64,000 bases of DNA, taken from NCBI GenBank assembly GCA_963677745.1, contig OY782391.1, forward strand, positions 864,001-928,000. The letters run 5' to 3'. Of this stretch, positions 20,339 through 33,100 are shown in pieces (the stretch's first letter is position 1; each line of letters starts with the position of its first letter). Made by a program: the position numbers and the translations under genes. The notes beneath the pieces were generated by a model. It was not told the origin of the DNA. It made no database searches and worked only from the letters and a program-made list of their open reading frames with translations. The DNA is from Candidatus Altimarinota bacterium (GTDB lineage Bacteria > Patescibacteriota > Gracilibacteria > UBA1369).

Positions 20339-21322
20339 ATGAAAAAATACTTTCAACTGGTACTTCTGAGCGTTTTATTTTCCCTGCCGCTAATCGGCAA
20401 AGCGGCTGATACTGCTGCGGTATCCTGCCAGGTAGACAAAGTGGCAAAGCCTGTCTATTCAGGTCAACTGCTGTCTGTCATTGCTCCGCCTGTGGCGGAA
20501 CCCGGCCAGCTGGTGGGCATTTCCGTGAAAATTAAAAACACCGGCAATGCCACCTGGTTTTCCGGTGACGCTGAATGTCCTGGACAGTCGGCGACCTACC
20601 TGGGCACTACCAGAAATCAGGACAGAAACAGCGCCTTTCACGCTCCGCTGGTTTTCGGAGAAACAGCCTGGCTCACGGGAAGCCGCATCAAGATGAAAAC
20701 CGCCAGAGTAAATCCCGGCGATACTGCTGAATTTATTTTTAACGCTCATACTCCTTCCGAACCTGGCATCTACCGCGAATATTTTGCGCCGGTGATAGAA
20801 GGCAAGGCCTGGGTCAAAGATGCCGCCGAATTCAAATTTGACATGAAAGTGGGACAGCCTGTGGAGGACGAGCAGGTGCTCAAATATACCCGTGATATTC
20901 TGATGAGTATTAATCTGACCGATCCCAAATTTATCGGTGAAAAGAAAATCATTGTGGATCTTTCCACGCAGCGCATGACTCTCAAACTGGGGGACATTGC
21001 CCTCAAAAATTTCCCCGTATCCACGGGCACCAACAGTCATCCAACTCCCGTCGGTACAACCAAAATCCAGTTCAAACAGAACGTGAGGGTGGCCGGCAGC
21101 AGGCCCCATTACATCATGCCGCTGTTCATGCAGTTCCGCAAAGGCGGCTACGGAATCCACGCCCTGCCCAGCCTGGCCAATGACCGAGGAGTATACTGGA
21201 GAGAGGCTTTGAATCACATTGGGACCCGCCGCAGTCACGGTTGCATCCGCCTGCTGCCGGCCGATGCCGAATTTGCCTACAGTTTCGCCGATGTCGGCAC
21301 GGAAGTTCAGGTTGTCTGGTAG
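20339..21322 (+). CDS. Secreted L,D-transpeptidase (YkuD) with N-terminal Ig-like domain
   Basis: Signal peptide; IKNTG..TW; VDLSTQ, PVSTG, GIH, SHGCIRL. Confidence 0.88.
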   Translation: MKKYFQLVLLSVLFSLPLIGKAADTAAVSCQVDKVAKPVYSGQLLSVIAPPVAEPGQLVGISVKIKNTGNATWFSGDAECPGQSATYLGTTRNQDRNSAFHAPLVFGETAWLTGSRIKMKTARVNPGDTAEFIFNAHTPSEPGIYREYFAPVIEGKAWVKDAAEFKFDMKVGQPVEDEQVLKYTRDILMSINLTDPKFIGEKKIIVDLSTQRMTLKLGDIALKNFPVSTGTNSHPTPVGTTKIQFKQNVRVAGSRPHYIMPLFMQFRKGGYGIHALPSLANDRGVYWREALNHIGTRRSHGCIRLLPADAEFAYSFADVGTEVQVVW

Positions 21323-21457
21323 AGAGCCGGTAGGCGCAGCCAAATCACGATTCAGTCCGGTCTTCGCCGCAGAGAATATCTTCTGCGATTACGCAACAGC
21401 AATTTTTCCGGTAGTGGTTTATAATGCGGCCGCAGTAATTTTCTTGTCCAAATTTTA

Positions 21458-23710
21458 ATGACCAAAGACAGTCACCAGGATATGCTGGCGAATCTTAACG
21501 ACATGCAAAAGGAAGTGGTTTTGCAGCACGAAGGACCGATTCTGGTACTGGCCGGGGCCGGTTCCGGCAAGACCAGCGCGCTCACCACCCGCATTGCCTG
21601 GCTGATCCGGGAATATGGCGTTTCCCCCTGGAATATTCTGGCCGTGACTTTCACCAATAAGGCCGCCAATGAGATGAAAGAGCGCATCCTGCGACTGCTC
21701 AGAAAAGATGAAACGCATGCCCCCAATATCGGCACTTTTCATTCCACCTGCGTGCGGATTTTACGCAAGCAGATCCATCAGCTGGGTTACGATAACAGCT
21801 TTGTCATCTATGATACCGCCGACCAGCAGCTGCTGATGAAAAGGATCCTGGAAGAACTGCTGATCGACCCCAAAAAATTCAATCCCAAAGCCATTCTGAA
21901 TTTCGTTTCCGGTGCCAAGAATGAACTGGTCCCGCCCGAGGAATATGTGAAATTCGCCAATAATTATTTCACCGAAAAAGTAGCGGCTTGTTACACCCGC
22001 TATCAGCGTGAGTTGCAGCGCAACAACGCTCTGGATTTTGACGACATCATCATGAAAACCGTCGAGGTTTTCAGACAGTACCCCAATGTACTGGATTATT
22101 ATCAGGAACAATTCCGTTATATCTCGGTGGACGAATATCAGGATACCAACCACGCCCAGTACATTCTGACCAATCAGCTGGCTGCCAAATACCGCAATCT
22201 GTGCGTGATCGGCGATTCCGACCAGTCTATTTATGCCTTCCGCGGAGCCAATATCCATAACATCCTCAATTTTGAAAAGGATTATCCGGAGGCCAAGGTG
22301 GTTTATCTGGAGCAGAACTACCGTTCCACCCAGCTGATCCTGGACGCCGCCCATCATGTGATTGTCAAAAACACCCAGCGCAAGGATAAAAAACTCTGGA
22401 CCGAGCGGCAGGGCGGGGAGCCGATTACTATGAAGACTCTGGCCAATGAACGGGAGGAGGGGGAATACATTGCCAAGAATATCCTCTCCGGCATTGAGAA
22501 CAGCGAAGAAAAAGACTACCGCAATTTTGTGGTGCTATACCGCACCAACGCCCAGTCGCGCGTCTTGGAAGAATCTTTTCTCAAATATGCCATCCCCTAT
22601 AAAATCGTCGGCGGCATCAAGTTTTATGAACGCAAGGAAGTGAAAGACCAGCTGGCTTATCTGCGGGCCGTGGTTAATCCCAACGACTCAATCAGTCTGC
22701 TGCGGATTATTAATGTCCCGCCTCGCAAAATCGGCCAGAAGACCATCGACACCATTCAGCAGTATGCGGTGCAGAACGACCTCAGTTTCTGGCAGGCTCT
22801 CACACAGATCGACCGCATTGAAGCCATCCGTGACAGCAAGTCCAAAGCCCTGGAAGATTTCACCAAGTTGATTGTGGAACTGCAAAAGGTCAACCGTGAA
22901 TTTCCGGCCTCCGGGTTGATCAAGCATGCGCTGGAACTATCAGGCTATAAGCGGTTTTTGGATGATGGTACCGAGGAAGGGGAGAGCCGTTTGCAGAACA
23001 TTTACGAATTGATTTCGGTCGCCGGCAAATACGACCGGCTGCCGCCCGGGGAATCGCTGAGTATATTTCTGGAGGAAGTTTCACTGATCGCCGACATCGA
23101 CAAACTGGACGAGCAGGAAAATTCAGTCACGCTGATGACTATTCATTCCGCCAAGGGGCTGGAATTCCCCACCGTGTTTCTGGTGGGGCTGGAGGACGGC
23201 ATTTTTCCGCATTCCCGGTCGCTTTTGGAACGCACTGAAATGGAGGAGGAAAGACGACTGATGTATGTGGCGCTGACCCGCGCCAAGGACAAGCTTTATC
23301 TGCTCAATACCAGAAGCCGCATGCTTTACGGTGAAACCCAGTCCAATCCGCCCTCCCAGTTTTTGAAGGATTTGCCCGAGCATGTGCTGGAAACGGGTGC
23401 CAAAGATGAATCAACCGACACCACCTGGGAGAACACCCAGTATTTCCGCCGTGTGGCCGCCACCGGTAATATCACCGCCCGCGCTTTGCCTGAAGAAAGC
23501 GTCCAGGAAGGCCCGCGCCTGGTCCCCGAACCCGCCCAGTTTTCCGACGAATCGCCGGAACTCCATGAAGGAGACCGTGTCCATCACCAAACCTTCGGCG
23601 CGGGCACCATCCGCACCATCAAGGGCGGCGTGGCCACTGTCGAATTCGACGCCCTGCATTACGGCACCAAAAAACTGGCCCTCTCCATCGCACCGCTCAG
23701 TAAAATTTAA
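21458..23710 (+). CDS. pcrA: ATP-dependent helicase PcrA/UvrD
   Basis: AGAGSGKT, TFTNKAA, DEYQDTN, LEQNYRS, HSAKGLEF, EERRL.YV..TRA. Confidence 0.97.
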   Translation: MTKDSHQDMLANLNDMQKEVVLQHEGPILVLAGAGSGKTSALTTRIAWLIREYGVSPWNILAVTFTNKAANEMKERILRLLRKDETHAPNIGTFHSTCVRILRKQIHQLGYDNSFVIYDTADQQLLMKRILEELLIDPKKFNPKAILNFVSGAKNELVPPEEYVKFANNYFTEKVAACYTRYQRELQRNNALDFDDIIMKTVEVFRQYPNVLDYYQEQFRYISVDEYQDTNHAQYILTNQLAAKYRNLCVIGDSDQSIYAFRGANIHNILNFEKDYPEAKVVYLEQNYRSTQLILDAAHHVIVKNTQRKDKKLWTERQGGEPITMKTLANEREEGEYIAKNILSGIENSEEKDYRNFVVLYRTNAQSRVLEESFLKYAIPYKIVGGIKFYERKEVKDQLAYLRAVVNPNDSISLLRIINVPPRKIGQKTIDTIQQYAVQNDLSFWQALTQIDRIEAIRDSKSKALEDFTKLIVELQKVNREFPASGLIKHALELSGYKRFLDDGTEEGESRLQNIYELISVAGKYDRLPPGESLSIFLEEVSLIADIDKLDEQENSVTLMTIHSAKGLEFPTVFLVGLEDGIFPHSRSLLERTEMEEERRLMYVALTRAKDKLYLLNTRSRMLYGETQSNPPSQFLKDLPEHVLETGAKDESTDTTWENTQYFRRVAATGNITARALPEESVQEGPRLVPEPAQFSDESPELHEGDRVHHQTFGAGTIRTIKGGVATVEFDALHYGTKKLALSIAPLSKI

Positions 23711-24165
23711 AGCTTATCCGCCCGGGCGGCCTTTTCTTCACGGGCGCGGCGTTCGGCGTCGTATTTGTCGTCCTTGATTTTGTAGTATTGTTTGATGCTG
23801 CGCTCGGTGCCATAGGCAATATCGCAGGTGGGTTCGGCGCGGCGCCTGTCGCCCCTGTCCCTGCCTTTATCGTCTCCGGTCTCGGTCGCCGCCGTCGTGG
23901 CAGTCGCTTCCGGGGTTACGGCTGCACTTGCTGACTTGGCTTTCTGGCAGGCCTCAATTGGATATTTGAAATTAAAACTGGTGGGATGATAATCCACTAT
24001 CTGCTGGCAGGTCTTGCAGTAAAAAACAATGCCCTCCGGTACCGGAGTATTATCAACGGCCTGGCTGTTGGCTACCCGGGGACGTCCCTGACCACCTCCG
24101 GTTCGGCCTGGCGGGCCTCGGCGGCCTCCTCTGTCCCTTCTGCGTCTGTCGTTGTTTCTGGGCAT
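23707..24165 (-). CDS. Hypothetical protein with Arg/Gly-rich N-terminus and four Cys
   Basis: FYCKTC...C...CDIAYGTE. Confidence 0.65.
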   Translation of the reverse strand: MPRNNDRRRRDRGGRRGPPGRTGGGQGRPRVANSQAVDNTPVPEGIVFYCKTCQQIVDYHPTSFNFKYPIEACQKAKSASAAVTPEATATTAATETGDDKGRDRGDRRRAEPTCDIAYGTERSIKQYYKIKDDKYDAERRAREEKAARADKL

Positions 24166-24175
24166 TTGAAATTAA

Positions 24176-25207
24176 TTATAAATCCATTCTGTACATCTGG
24201 GGTTTCTTTTCTCCTGCGGGTTCGCTGCCTGCCGTTACGGGTCTGGCAGCGGCGGTTTTATGCAACATTGTTTCCAGCGTGGCCCCGACCTTCTGGGGTT
24301 TGGTTGCTGCAGAAGTGGAGATGATTTTTTCCTTGCCGAAATTGGCCGAAAAAGCATTGTTCTTAGCCTCCTTCGCCAGCAGTTTGCGTCTTTTCTCGGG
24401 AGTCAGAGTATCGCGTATCATGGTTTTCTTCAGATTTTCATAAAGTTTGGTTCTTTCATATTCCGTTTTCCCGACGGGGCTCCTCTCCGACATTCGTATG
24501 GCCTGCGCCAATGCCGGTACTACCGGAGCTGCCGGCATCTCCGTCATGGGCTCGGCTGCAATTTGTACAGAAGCCGCTTGCGCGAAAGCCGGTTCGGCAC
24601 TGATTACCGGGGCAGCTGCCATCACCGGTTCCGGAAATTGCCCGGCCGGAACAGCTGTACTCACCGGTGCCTGTGTTTCGGCTAAAACCGCTGCCGGTGC
24701 CGTCACCACCTGTCTGACCGGCAAAATAGCTTCTTCCTTCTCAAATTTCTTTCTGTAACTCACATATCCTCCCACGCAAATCATGACCGTGGCCACCAAA
24801 GCCAGCATCACCCCGATTTCCGATTTTTTGCTCATGATATTCAGACCGAACTGGGGATGAAAATAAACCGAATTGATAATCATCAGCAGATACATGGAGA
24901 AAAACCCCATTATCATCTGCTTCATACCCAGAGGACTTTCCTGCCATTTGGCCGTTACGCCACCTTTCAACACGGCATATAAAAGCGTTCCCGCGTTGAC
25001 CAGACAGAGGGCCAGGATTGATATCCCGACAAAATAAAGGGGGCCGTTCAATGCAGTATAAAAATCACCACTCCGGAATACGTCTTTATCGCTGTACCAG
25101 CCTAAAAAAAGGCTTACCACCAGTAAAATTGTCCCGATCAGGTTCAATTTTTGACCACTGGACAATTTACGCCAAAAGTTTTGATGCATATTATTGTTTC
25201 GTGACAA
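24176..25207 (-). CDS. Hypothetical 4-TM membrane protein with Ala/Pro-rich C-terminal region
   Basis: Hydrophobicity pattern. Confidence 0.7.
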   Translation of the reverse strand: MSRNNNMHQNFWRKLSSGQKLNLIGTILLVVSLFLGWYSDKDVFRSGDFYTALNGPLYFVGISILALCLVNAGTLLYAVLKGGVTAKWQESPLGMKQMIMGFFSMYLLMIINSVYFHPQFGLNIMSKKSEIGVMLALVATVMICVGGYVSYRKKFEKEEAILPVRQVVTAPAAVLAETQAPVSTAVPAGQFPEPVMAAAPVISAEPAFAQAASVQIAAEPMTEMPAAPVVPALAQAIRMSERSPVGKTEYERTKLYENLKKTMIRDTLTPEKRRKLLAKEAKNNAFSANFGKEKIISTSAATKPQKVGATLETMLHKTAAARPVTAGSEPAGEKKPQMYRMDL

Positions 25208-25271
25208 ACAGGAATAATTACATTAATATTCCCTCACTTGAAATTTACAAGAATTATCTTATTTGAACAAT

Positions 25272-26471
25272 ATGAAAATTGCCATAGATGTCCGTGAGGC
25301 CGATGGTCAAAAGACGGGCAAAGGCTTTTTCGCTTATGGACTGGTCAAGCAGTTGTTGGAACAGGACCTGAAAAATCACTATATACTCTACACCGACAAG
25401 GAAAAATCTCCTTTTGCCGAGTCATCCAATTCCGAAGTGCGCTTCATTGCCGGTGAAGGCCTCAAATGGCACTGGAATGTTTTAAAAGATCTCAAAACCC
25501 TGCGCCCCGACCTTTATCTGGCCCCGACCAGCTTCATCATTCCCGCCCTGGCGCCCCGCTGGCTCAAAGTGATTATCGTGGTGCACGATCTGGTGGCCTT
25601 CATGTTTCCCAGAAGCCATGCCAAAAAAGCCGTCATCATCGAGCGTCTGACTCTCCACTGGGCTCTCAAAAAAGCCCTCAAGGTGTTCGTGGTCTCCGAC
25701 AATACGCAGAACGACCTGATTAAAATTTTCCACTATCCGAAACCGTTGATGGTCAAGATTTCCTGCGCCCCGCACGCTCTTTACAAGGAGGAAATCAAAC
25801 CGGGCGAGTCCCAAAAAGTGCGCCAGAAATTCCATCTGCCGGAAAAATTTATTCTGGGTGTGGGAACTTTGGAACCCCGCAAAAACTTCAGCGCCCTGAT
25901 CAAGGCCTTTGTTATCCTGAAGCGGAAATTCCCCGAATATAAACTGGTGATTGTCGGCAAAAAAGGCTGGAAATATCAGGATATCGAACGGTCGGTGCGT
26001 GAGTTTGACCTGGAAAAAGACGTTATTTTTACGGGCTACATGTCGGACGAGGACCTGCATCATACCTATAATCTGGCTGAAGTGTTTGTCTTTCCGTCAC
26101 TCTATGAAGGTTTTGGGATTCCTCCTTTGGAAGCAATGGCCTCCGGTTGTCCGGTTATCTCATCCAATGCCGCTTCCCTGCCCGAAGTGGTGGGTGATGC
26201 CGGCCTGCTGATTGATCCCAACAGTTCGCACAAAATAGCCGATGCCGTGGCCAGCCTGATTGAAAATCCCCAGCTCAGAAACACCCTTTTGGAAAAAGGC
26301 TTTCACCGTTCCCGTAATTTCTCCTGGGAAGAGTCGGCCCGCAAAGTTCTGGAGGAATTTGATGCGGTTGAGCAGGCTCCCAGTCTCTCCAAAGAACCTG
26401 CCATCCAGCCGGAAAGCATCGCAGCGGTTTCAAAAAGCCAGGATGCAAATATCTCTAAAAAATCGGAATAA
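25272..26471 (+). CDS. GT4 glycosyltransferase
   Basis: [29 protein letters not shown]. Confidence 0.93.
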   Translation: MKIAIDVREADGQKTGKGFFAYGLVKQLLEQDLKNHYILYTDKEKSPFAESSNSEVRFIAGEGLKWHWNVLKDLKTLRPDLYLAPTSFIIPALAPRWLKVIIVVHDLVAFMFPRSHAKKAVIIERLTLHWALKKALKVFVVSDNTQNDLIKIFHYPKPLMVKISCAPHALYKEEIKPGESQKVRQKFHLPEKFILGVGTLEPRKNFSALIKAFVILKRKFPEYKLVIVGKKGWKYQDIERSVREFDLEKDVIFTGYMSDEDLHHTYNLAEVFVFPSLYEGFGIPPLEAMASGCPVISSNAASLPEVVGDAGLLIDPNSSHKIADAVASLIENPQLRNTLLEKGFHRSRNFSWEESARKVLEEFDAVEQAPSLSKEPAIQPESIAAVSKSQDANISKKSE

Positions 26472-27159
26472 GATCAATAAACCATTGTAGCACCGGGCCG
26501 GGGAAACCGCTCAGGCTGCTTTGCCATAAAAACAGCAGCATTTGTCCGACAAATCCGGCTGCCAGAGGAACGGTCAGATTATCATCCAGTTTGCCTGTCC
26601 ACAGTTCCACCAGACTGGCCGTCATGGCCATCGGCAGGAAAATTCTCCAGTCACCGGGAATCACCAGCATTCCAACCACCACATTCATCATCAAACCGGC
26701 CAAAAAACCTTCCAGTGTTTTCTTTCTGAACATGCGTGTGCGGCCTACGCTCATTCCTACCAGCGCAGCCGTAATATCGCCGAAAATCGTGCAGAGCAGG
26801 GCCAGCAGGGCGATCGGGTAGTCGTAGGCCGCAAAGCATATGATGGTCGAAGCAATAAAGAAGATGTTCCCGGCAATATTGTCTTTTTCATGACGACGCA
26901 GAATATCGATCACCAGAGGCAGTCTCAGTTTATATTCCAGCCTGATGTATTCAATTTCCAGCAGTATTATCAGTAATACCGTCAAAGCCAGTATACCCAG
27001 TTTGGGGCCGTACAGACTGGCCAGCAGCGTGTAGGTGAGAAGCACCGGCAGCTCCAGAAGATGGACGAATTTTCTCAATAATTCTTTCCGGAGCGCCAGT
27101 CTGTGTTCCTCGGTTTTTTTCTGCATCAAAGCCTGTTTTTGTTCTACAGAGATCTTCAT
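26455..27159 (-). CDS. CTP-dependent polyprenol/diacylglycerol kinase (SEC59/VTE5/DGK1 family)
   Basis: RK.VH, GD..AA.VG, KKT.EG, DDNL.VP; overlaps the A2M stop codon (ATGA). Confidence 0.85.
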   Translation of the reverse strand: MKISVEQKQALMQKKTEEHRLALRKELLRKFVHLLELPVLLTYTLLASLYGPKLGILALTVLLIILLEIEYIRLEYKLRLPLVIDILRRHEKDNIAGNIFFIASTIICFAAYDYPIALLALLCTIFGDITAALVGMSVGRTRMFRKKTLEGFLAGLMMNVVVGMLVIPGDWRIFLPMAMTASLVELWTGKLDDNLTVPLAAGFVGQMLLFLWQSSLSGFPGPVLQWFIDLIPIF

Positions 27160-30100
27160 TCCGTGACATTAAACAGCTTGCCCGCGCTGCGTCCGAACAC
27201 TTCCGGGAAATATGTTTCCTGAGCCAGTGTGGGCAGATCGGCGAAGTTGCCGACCGAGGTGGCCCTCAGATAATAATCAATTTCATAGACTCCTCTGGGC
27301 AGATAGTCGGCAAAGTACATCACCCGGTCATCCCGCACCTCCGAATGGTTGAAATACCAGTCACCGTAACAATAATAACCGCAGCCTTTTCCATCGCCGC
27401 CTTTGCCGTCACCGGCCTGCAGATTCATTTCGGAAGTTTTCAGGTTAAAGTCTATGCCTTCCAGTCCGGCCGGCAGGAAATCCTCAATCATCACATAATG
27501 TCTGTCCTCCGGGACGATTATGGTCAGTTTGCCGTGCAGGTTCTGGCCGGCCTTGGCTGTTGTAACGGGAGTCTGCAGTTTGGAATCCTCAATCGTGAAA
27601 TATTCCTGCACCACTTCGATCCCTTCGTTTTCAGCCTTCTGATCCTTGAGAGGCAGATAGTATTCCAGATTCATGTCGAAGTAGAGCCGTCCGTCGCCGA
27701 TCTTCTGAGCCGCCACCTCATTGTCCAGATTGTTGGGCAACAAGTCGGTCAGGGGGATTTTGGTTTCCTTCACTTCAAAGAGATTTTTGCTGGTGAAATT
27801 GGTGTCGATGATATTCTTGCCGTTGATATCCACCAGGGCCTGATAAGCGGGGGTAAGTTCTTTCGATTTCTCCAGATATTCGATCATGGACAGCAGACCG
27901 ATGGCGGTCTCCTGGGTGGTGGAAAAATGTCCGCCTTTTCTTTCCCGCAGCAAGGCCTGTAGAATCTTGGGAATAAGCGGATTTTCAGGATTGACCCGGT
28001 TGAGGGCTTTCATGATAACCGCTGTGGTGCGGGTATTGGTATCAAACAAACTGTAATCCAGGTTTTTTTCCTGGAAACTGACGCCGCGCGGTGTCTGAAT
28101 TGAAGAATTTTCCAGATCCTTCCTGAGCGCCTCGATCTTATCGGAGGTGGACTTTTCCGAAGCCTTTTCGGAAAGCTGATTTTGGAAGGCCATCAACAGA
28201 TAGGAACGGGAAATCAGACGCAGCTGGTCTTTCTTTTCATAAAGGCTGTTGAGCATGCCCAGGTCGCCTTTGCCGGCTTCACCCAGCACATACATCACAT
28301 AAGCCTTGGTATTCAGACGGTAGTCTTCGCTTTCATTGGCATCGGCTTTCTGGGGCAGATAATTTTTAAGATATTGCAGCGCAGAGTCATAAACATCTTT
28401 ATCAATTTTATAGCCGGCCTTTTCAGCTTCGTTCATGGTGTTGACTACATAAGCCGTCAGATAGGCGCGCGGTTGGGAATTGATCCAGAGCCCGAAGCCG
28501 CCGCTGGCCTGTTGATTCTTGTAAAGTTCCTGTAAGCCGGTCTCGACATTCTTGTCCACTATGGCGGCGGTTACCCCCTCTATCTTGAATTTACCGGTAT
28601 TTAGCAGTCTCTTCGCCGCCACGTTGGGTAGAATGGCGGAAGTCAGCTGTTCGGTGCAGCCGTAGGGGAAACTGACCAGATATTTGAGACCTTCGCCGAT
28701 TGAACCGGCCAGCGTGGCGGCGGCTGTGATACGCAGCGAGCCGTCTTTCAGATTAAGTCCGATCGGCAGCCAGACCTGTTCTATTTCTTTGGCGTCGGTA
28801 GAAAGGACCTTGGCCATTGCCACGACTTCCGGGAAGCTGCTTTCCTTGACGGGCAGGGTCTGTTCGACGCTGTCCCCCCGCTCACCTCCATTGGCCACGG
28901 CGGTAAAGCTGATCTTGGCCTGATCGGCGGCACCAACCGTTACCTGCCAGTTGAGTTTCTGTGAACCCTTGGCGACTATCGTGGCGGATTTCTCCGTGCC
29001 GTCCAGTATCTGCAGTTCCCCGGATTCCAGAGTGACTTTCAGGGCCTGGTCGGTGTCGGTATAATTATGAACAATCGCCGAAATTTGCATCCGGTCGCCT
29101 TTGGTCATGAATCTGGGCAGAACTGGCCGGACCAGAATGTCCTTGTTGGACAGGAAAGAATATTTATTGCTTCCCACCAGGGCCCGGGCCGACTTGGTGT
29201 CATTGCTGATACCGATAGCCAGTACCTGCCAGGTAGTCAGATTATCGGGTAACTTGAATTCCAGCGTTCCCTCGCCATTGGCATCGGTATTGAGCGTGGC
29301 CTCAAAATAAGCCGTATCTTTGAAAGTGGCGCGTTTCTCGGTATCACCGCCGCCTCCGCCTTTCATTCCCGCCTCCACCTGTACATTGATTCTGGAAATG
29401 GCTTTGGTCAGGGTATGGGCAATGTTAACTCCCAGTAACCTCTTTCGGTAAAATATATTGAGCAAATCGGCTGTCACGCTTTCAGTCAGACTGAGCACGC
29501 TTTCGTCAACCACCGCCAGTGACAGTTCGGCCGCCACCGGTTGGGCGCCGGCGTCGGTTGTTTTTACGGTCAGTTTAACCGTCTCTCCCGGCGAGTAGCG
29601 GGCCTTATCACTCTTGATATCTATATTCAACCGTTTGCCTTCCGTATTGACCTGCAGAGTGGCATAGCCGACCTTGAAAGCCGCCACCTGCCGTTCGTCC
29701 GGCGCACCCTCCGCCGGCGCCGTCAGTCCCGCATCATAGGCATTGCCTTTCATCAGTACCACCGATACGAAAACGTTTGGTAAAAACTTTTCGGTAATCG
29801 GCACTTCAATGGTTTGTGAATTGGATTCCAGTTTGATCACTTTCTGATCCAGCACTTTGTCTTTCTCGTAGGTAACCAGCGCATAGACGTTCCGGTAAGG
29901 GGATTTGACCATTACCCTGGCGGTATCGCCGACTTTGTATTCCATCTTGTCGGTTACCAGTTCGATTTTGTCGTTGTTTTCACTGCCCCAGTTTACAAAG
30001 TCACCGGAACTGACATAGACGGTTGTGGAACTGACAATCTGGTTGTTTTTCTCATCTTTGCCGGTTGCTTCGACTTTGTATACCCCGCCCTTGGCAAATT

Positions 30101-33100
30101 TGAATTCCAAAGTGCCCAAGCCGTGTTCGGCGGTTTTGACGGTCTTCTTTTCCAGCAGTTTATCGTCGTAACTGTTTTCAAAATAATAATCTCCGTCCAC
30201 ATTCTTGCGTTTTACCGTGTTCCAGCTTCTTTCATAGAGCGCCACTTCCACTTCTTTCCCGGGCAGTTCCCGGCCGTCGCTGCTCACAGTGAGTACATCG
30301 AATTTGGCCGGCTTTTCCGTGTCGGCCAGATAGTCTTGACTGCGGATTCCCACATAGAATGATCCTTTGTGTACCGGGAAACTGATGCGGTTGGAGACGC
30401 TCTGATTATTGGCATCCGTTACGGAAGCTTCCAGCGTGTAGATTTGGCTTATTTTCTTGTCGCTGATATTGAGCGGCAAAGTCACCAGGGCCAGACCCTG
30501 TTCATCGGTTTTGCCTTTGCCCTGGCTGACTATGGAATTTTCTCCGACGCAGCCCCAGTAACAGAAATAACCTTCATCGGCGAAGCTGAACCAGCCTCCG
30601 GCCAGTTTGGCGGCCAGTTCTTCTGGCAGGATAAAATAATAATCCTGAGCCTTGAGAGTCCATCTGATTTCAGCGTCTTTGAGAGGTGCGCCGAAGAAAT
30701 ACCCGGCTTCCACCCTCACGTTGGCGCTTTGATTGTTCACATATTCTTTTTTGTCGCTGGAAAGATCCAGTTTGTATTCCGGCTTGCGGTATTCATAAAC
30801 CTTGAAGGAAGCGTAAAATTCCGTCATCCAGGAGGGACCTTTGGCATCCAGCAATTCAGTGTGAATCGAGAAGTCGCCGGTCGGAATTTTGTCCCCCAAA
30901 GTCAGTTTGCCGATAAAGGTGCCGTTGTTGCTGATGGCCAGCTCCTGCTGGTAAATCTGATTGCTCTGGGCATCGTTGATGGTAACTTTAACTTTTTTCA
31001 GGTCTGGCAGTTTGAATTTATAATCTTTTTCCTGGCGGACAATGCCCTTGAAATAGACCTCCTGTCCCGGCCGGTAAATCGGACGGTCGGTGTATTGATA
31101 CAGATAATATTCCGGGGAAACCGGTTCCGAATTGATATTGAAATTCCAGGGGGCGATTCCTTCGCTCCAGCTGGTATGGACAAAGCCCGTATCATTTTCG
31201 CGGTCGCCAAAAACCAGGAAATCTCTGTAAAAATCTCCGCTGGCCCCAGGCAGTTTGATTCTCGCCAGTCCGCTGGCATCCGTTTCTCCGCTGGCCGCCT
31301 CGGTATGCAGCGCGTCCATTACCGTGATTTTCTCACCGGCAACAGGTTTACCGTCCTTCAGATCGGTGGCCCAGACCAGCATTTCGGTCAAAGTGGTTTT
31401 GATGGCCAGTGAAGTCTTGCTGACCACGAAGAGAGTTTTCTCGATTTTCGGAACTTCATGACAACCCGGATTTTCTTTTGACTGCCACTCATAGACACAT
31501 TCGGTGGTGGTGACTTTGGGGTTGCCGAGTTCCAGATAGTAAAAACCGCCGGCCAGTTTACCGCCGCTCAGGGCATCCAGATCAAGGGCGGTGTGGCCCT
31601 TCTCATTGAAGCCCAGTGTGACGGCCAGTTTACCTTCAAAATCAAAATCTGTCAGAGACTTGAAGGTTTCATTATTATAATCGATATAACCCTCAGAATA
31701 TAATCTTGAAAACTGTTCCGGGGTCAGTTTCTTTAGTTTGAAAGCCGCATAATCGATATTGACCGATTTTACGTAAAACCTGCTGGCCTGATAGCCGTCC
31801 AGTACGCTCAAATCGGTGCCCTTTTCCAGATCCAGTGCCGGTTTGGAAGCGGGTGTCGTGAATTTCAGTTCGGTTTTTTCATTGTAACCGTTTCCGAAAT
31901 AATCTTTGACGCCCGGGTCGATCGTAATTGTATAGTCGGTGGAAGGCAGATAATTATATCCAATATGAACTGAAGTATCGGTATATGTAACCACCTCTAC
32001 CGGAACCGGACTGCCCTTTTCGTCCTTCTGGGAAGGCTCTATCCGCACCTTGCCGCGGAAGCTGCGCAGATCCAGGGGGTTGCTGTAGCCGAAAACCGGA
32101 TATATAGAATTTGGATCGTCATTGTTTTTACTGTCTGATGAAAGCAGTTTCAATTCACCCAGAGTTCTCATTTCATAATTGACATCATTACCGGTGGTAA
32201 GCGGTCCCTCCGCGCCTTTCAGACCTTTTCTGATTTGCAATGCATAATTGGTGTCCGCTTTCATTTTTTGGGAAGGTGAAATAACCAGCATTTTTTGCAG
32301 CTCATCTTCCTTGAGAACTTCAACCTTGTCACCTTCTCCCGAAGAAGCAGTGGTGGGGGCTTCCTTGATCTCTTCATATTGACTCATTTCCGTGATTTCA
32401 ATCAGCCGCTTTTGCTGCTCTTTCCAGTCATCGGCTGTAAAATATCTCACGGATATGCCTTCCTCATTGGTTTTATTGTCTTCAACCCTGTTCAGCTTAA
32501 TCAGTTCTTTGGCGCTGCCCAGATCCACCTTCTGGTTAAAACTAATCACAAACCGGCTGCCGGTGGAGACCTGATAGGAATTTTGCGTATCAGTAGTGTG
32601 CCAGTTCTGCGCTTCGGGCCGGAGTGTCTCAAAGCTGGAAGTAAACTCGCCTTCCGTATAACCGCCGTCCAGCACCTGTGTGCCCTGCGGGATAGTCACC
32701 TTATAAGCGGTGGACAGGGCCAGTTTGTCGGGAATGAACTGAATGGCCGAGGTGCCCAGCCACTTGAAGCGGCCCTGAACATAAGGTTCAATCTTGATAT
32801 TGGGGAAATTCTCCCGGCCCGCATCCAGTGTGGTCAGTCCGGTCAGGGGACGGTCAAACATGATATTGATCTTACTGTCTGCCGTTATCGCCTTGGAACC
32901 GTCATTGGGAGTCATCAGCACCACCTTGGGCGGGGCGACGATTTTATAGAATTCACTGTAATCGCCGGCCAGCGGTTTCTGGAGGAAACTGACAGCTTCC
33001 TTGCCGACGGTGATCTTGTAGGTATCGCCGATTTTCAATTGCTCGGCCGGCTTGAAGATCAGGCTGTTGCCCTGCCAGCTGAAAGTACCTTTGGTTTCCG

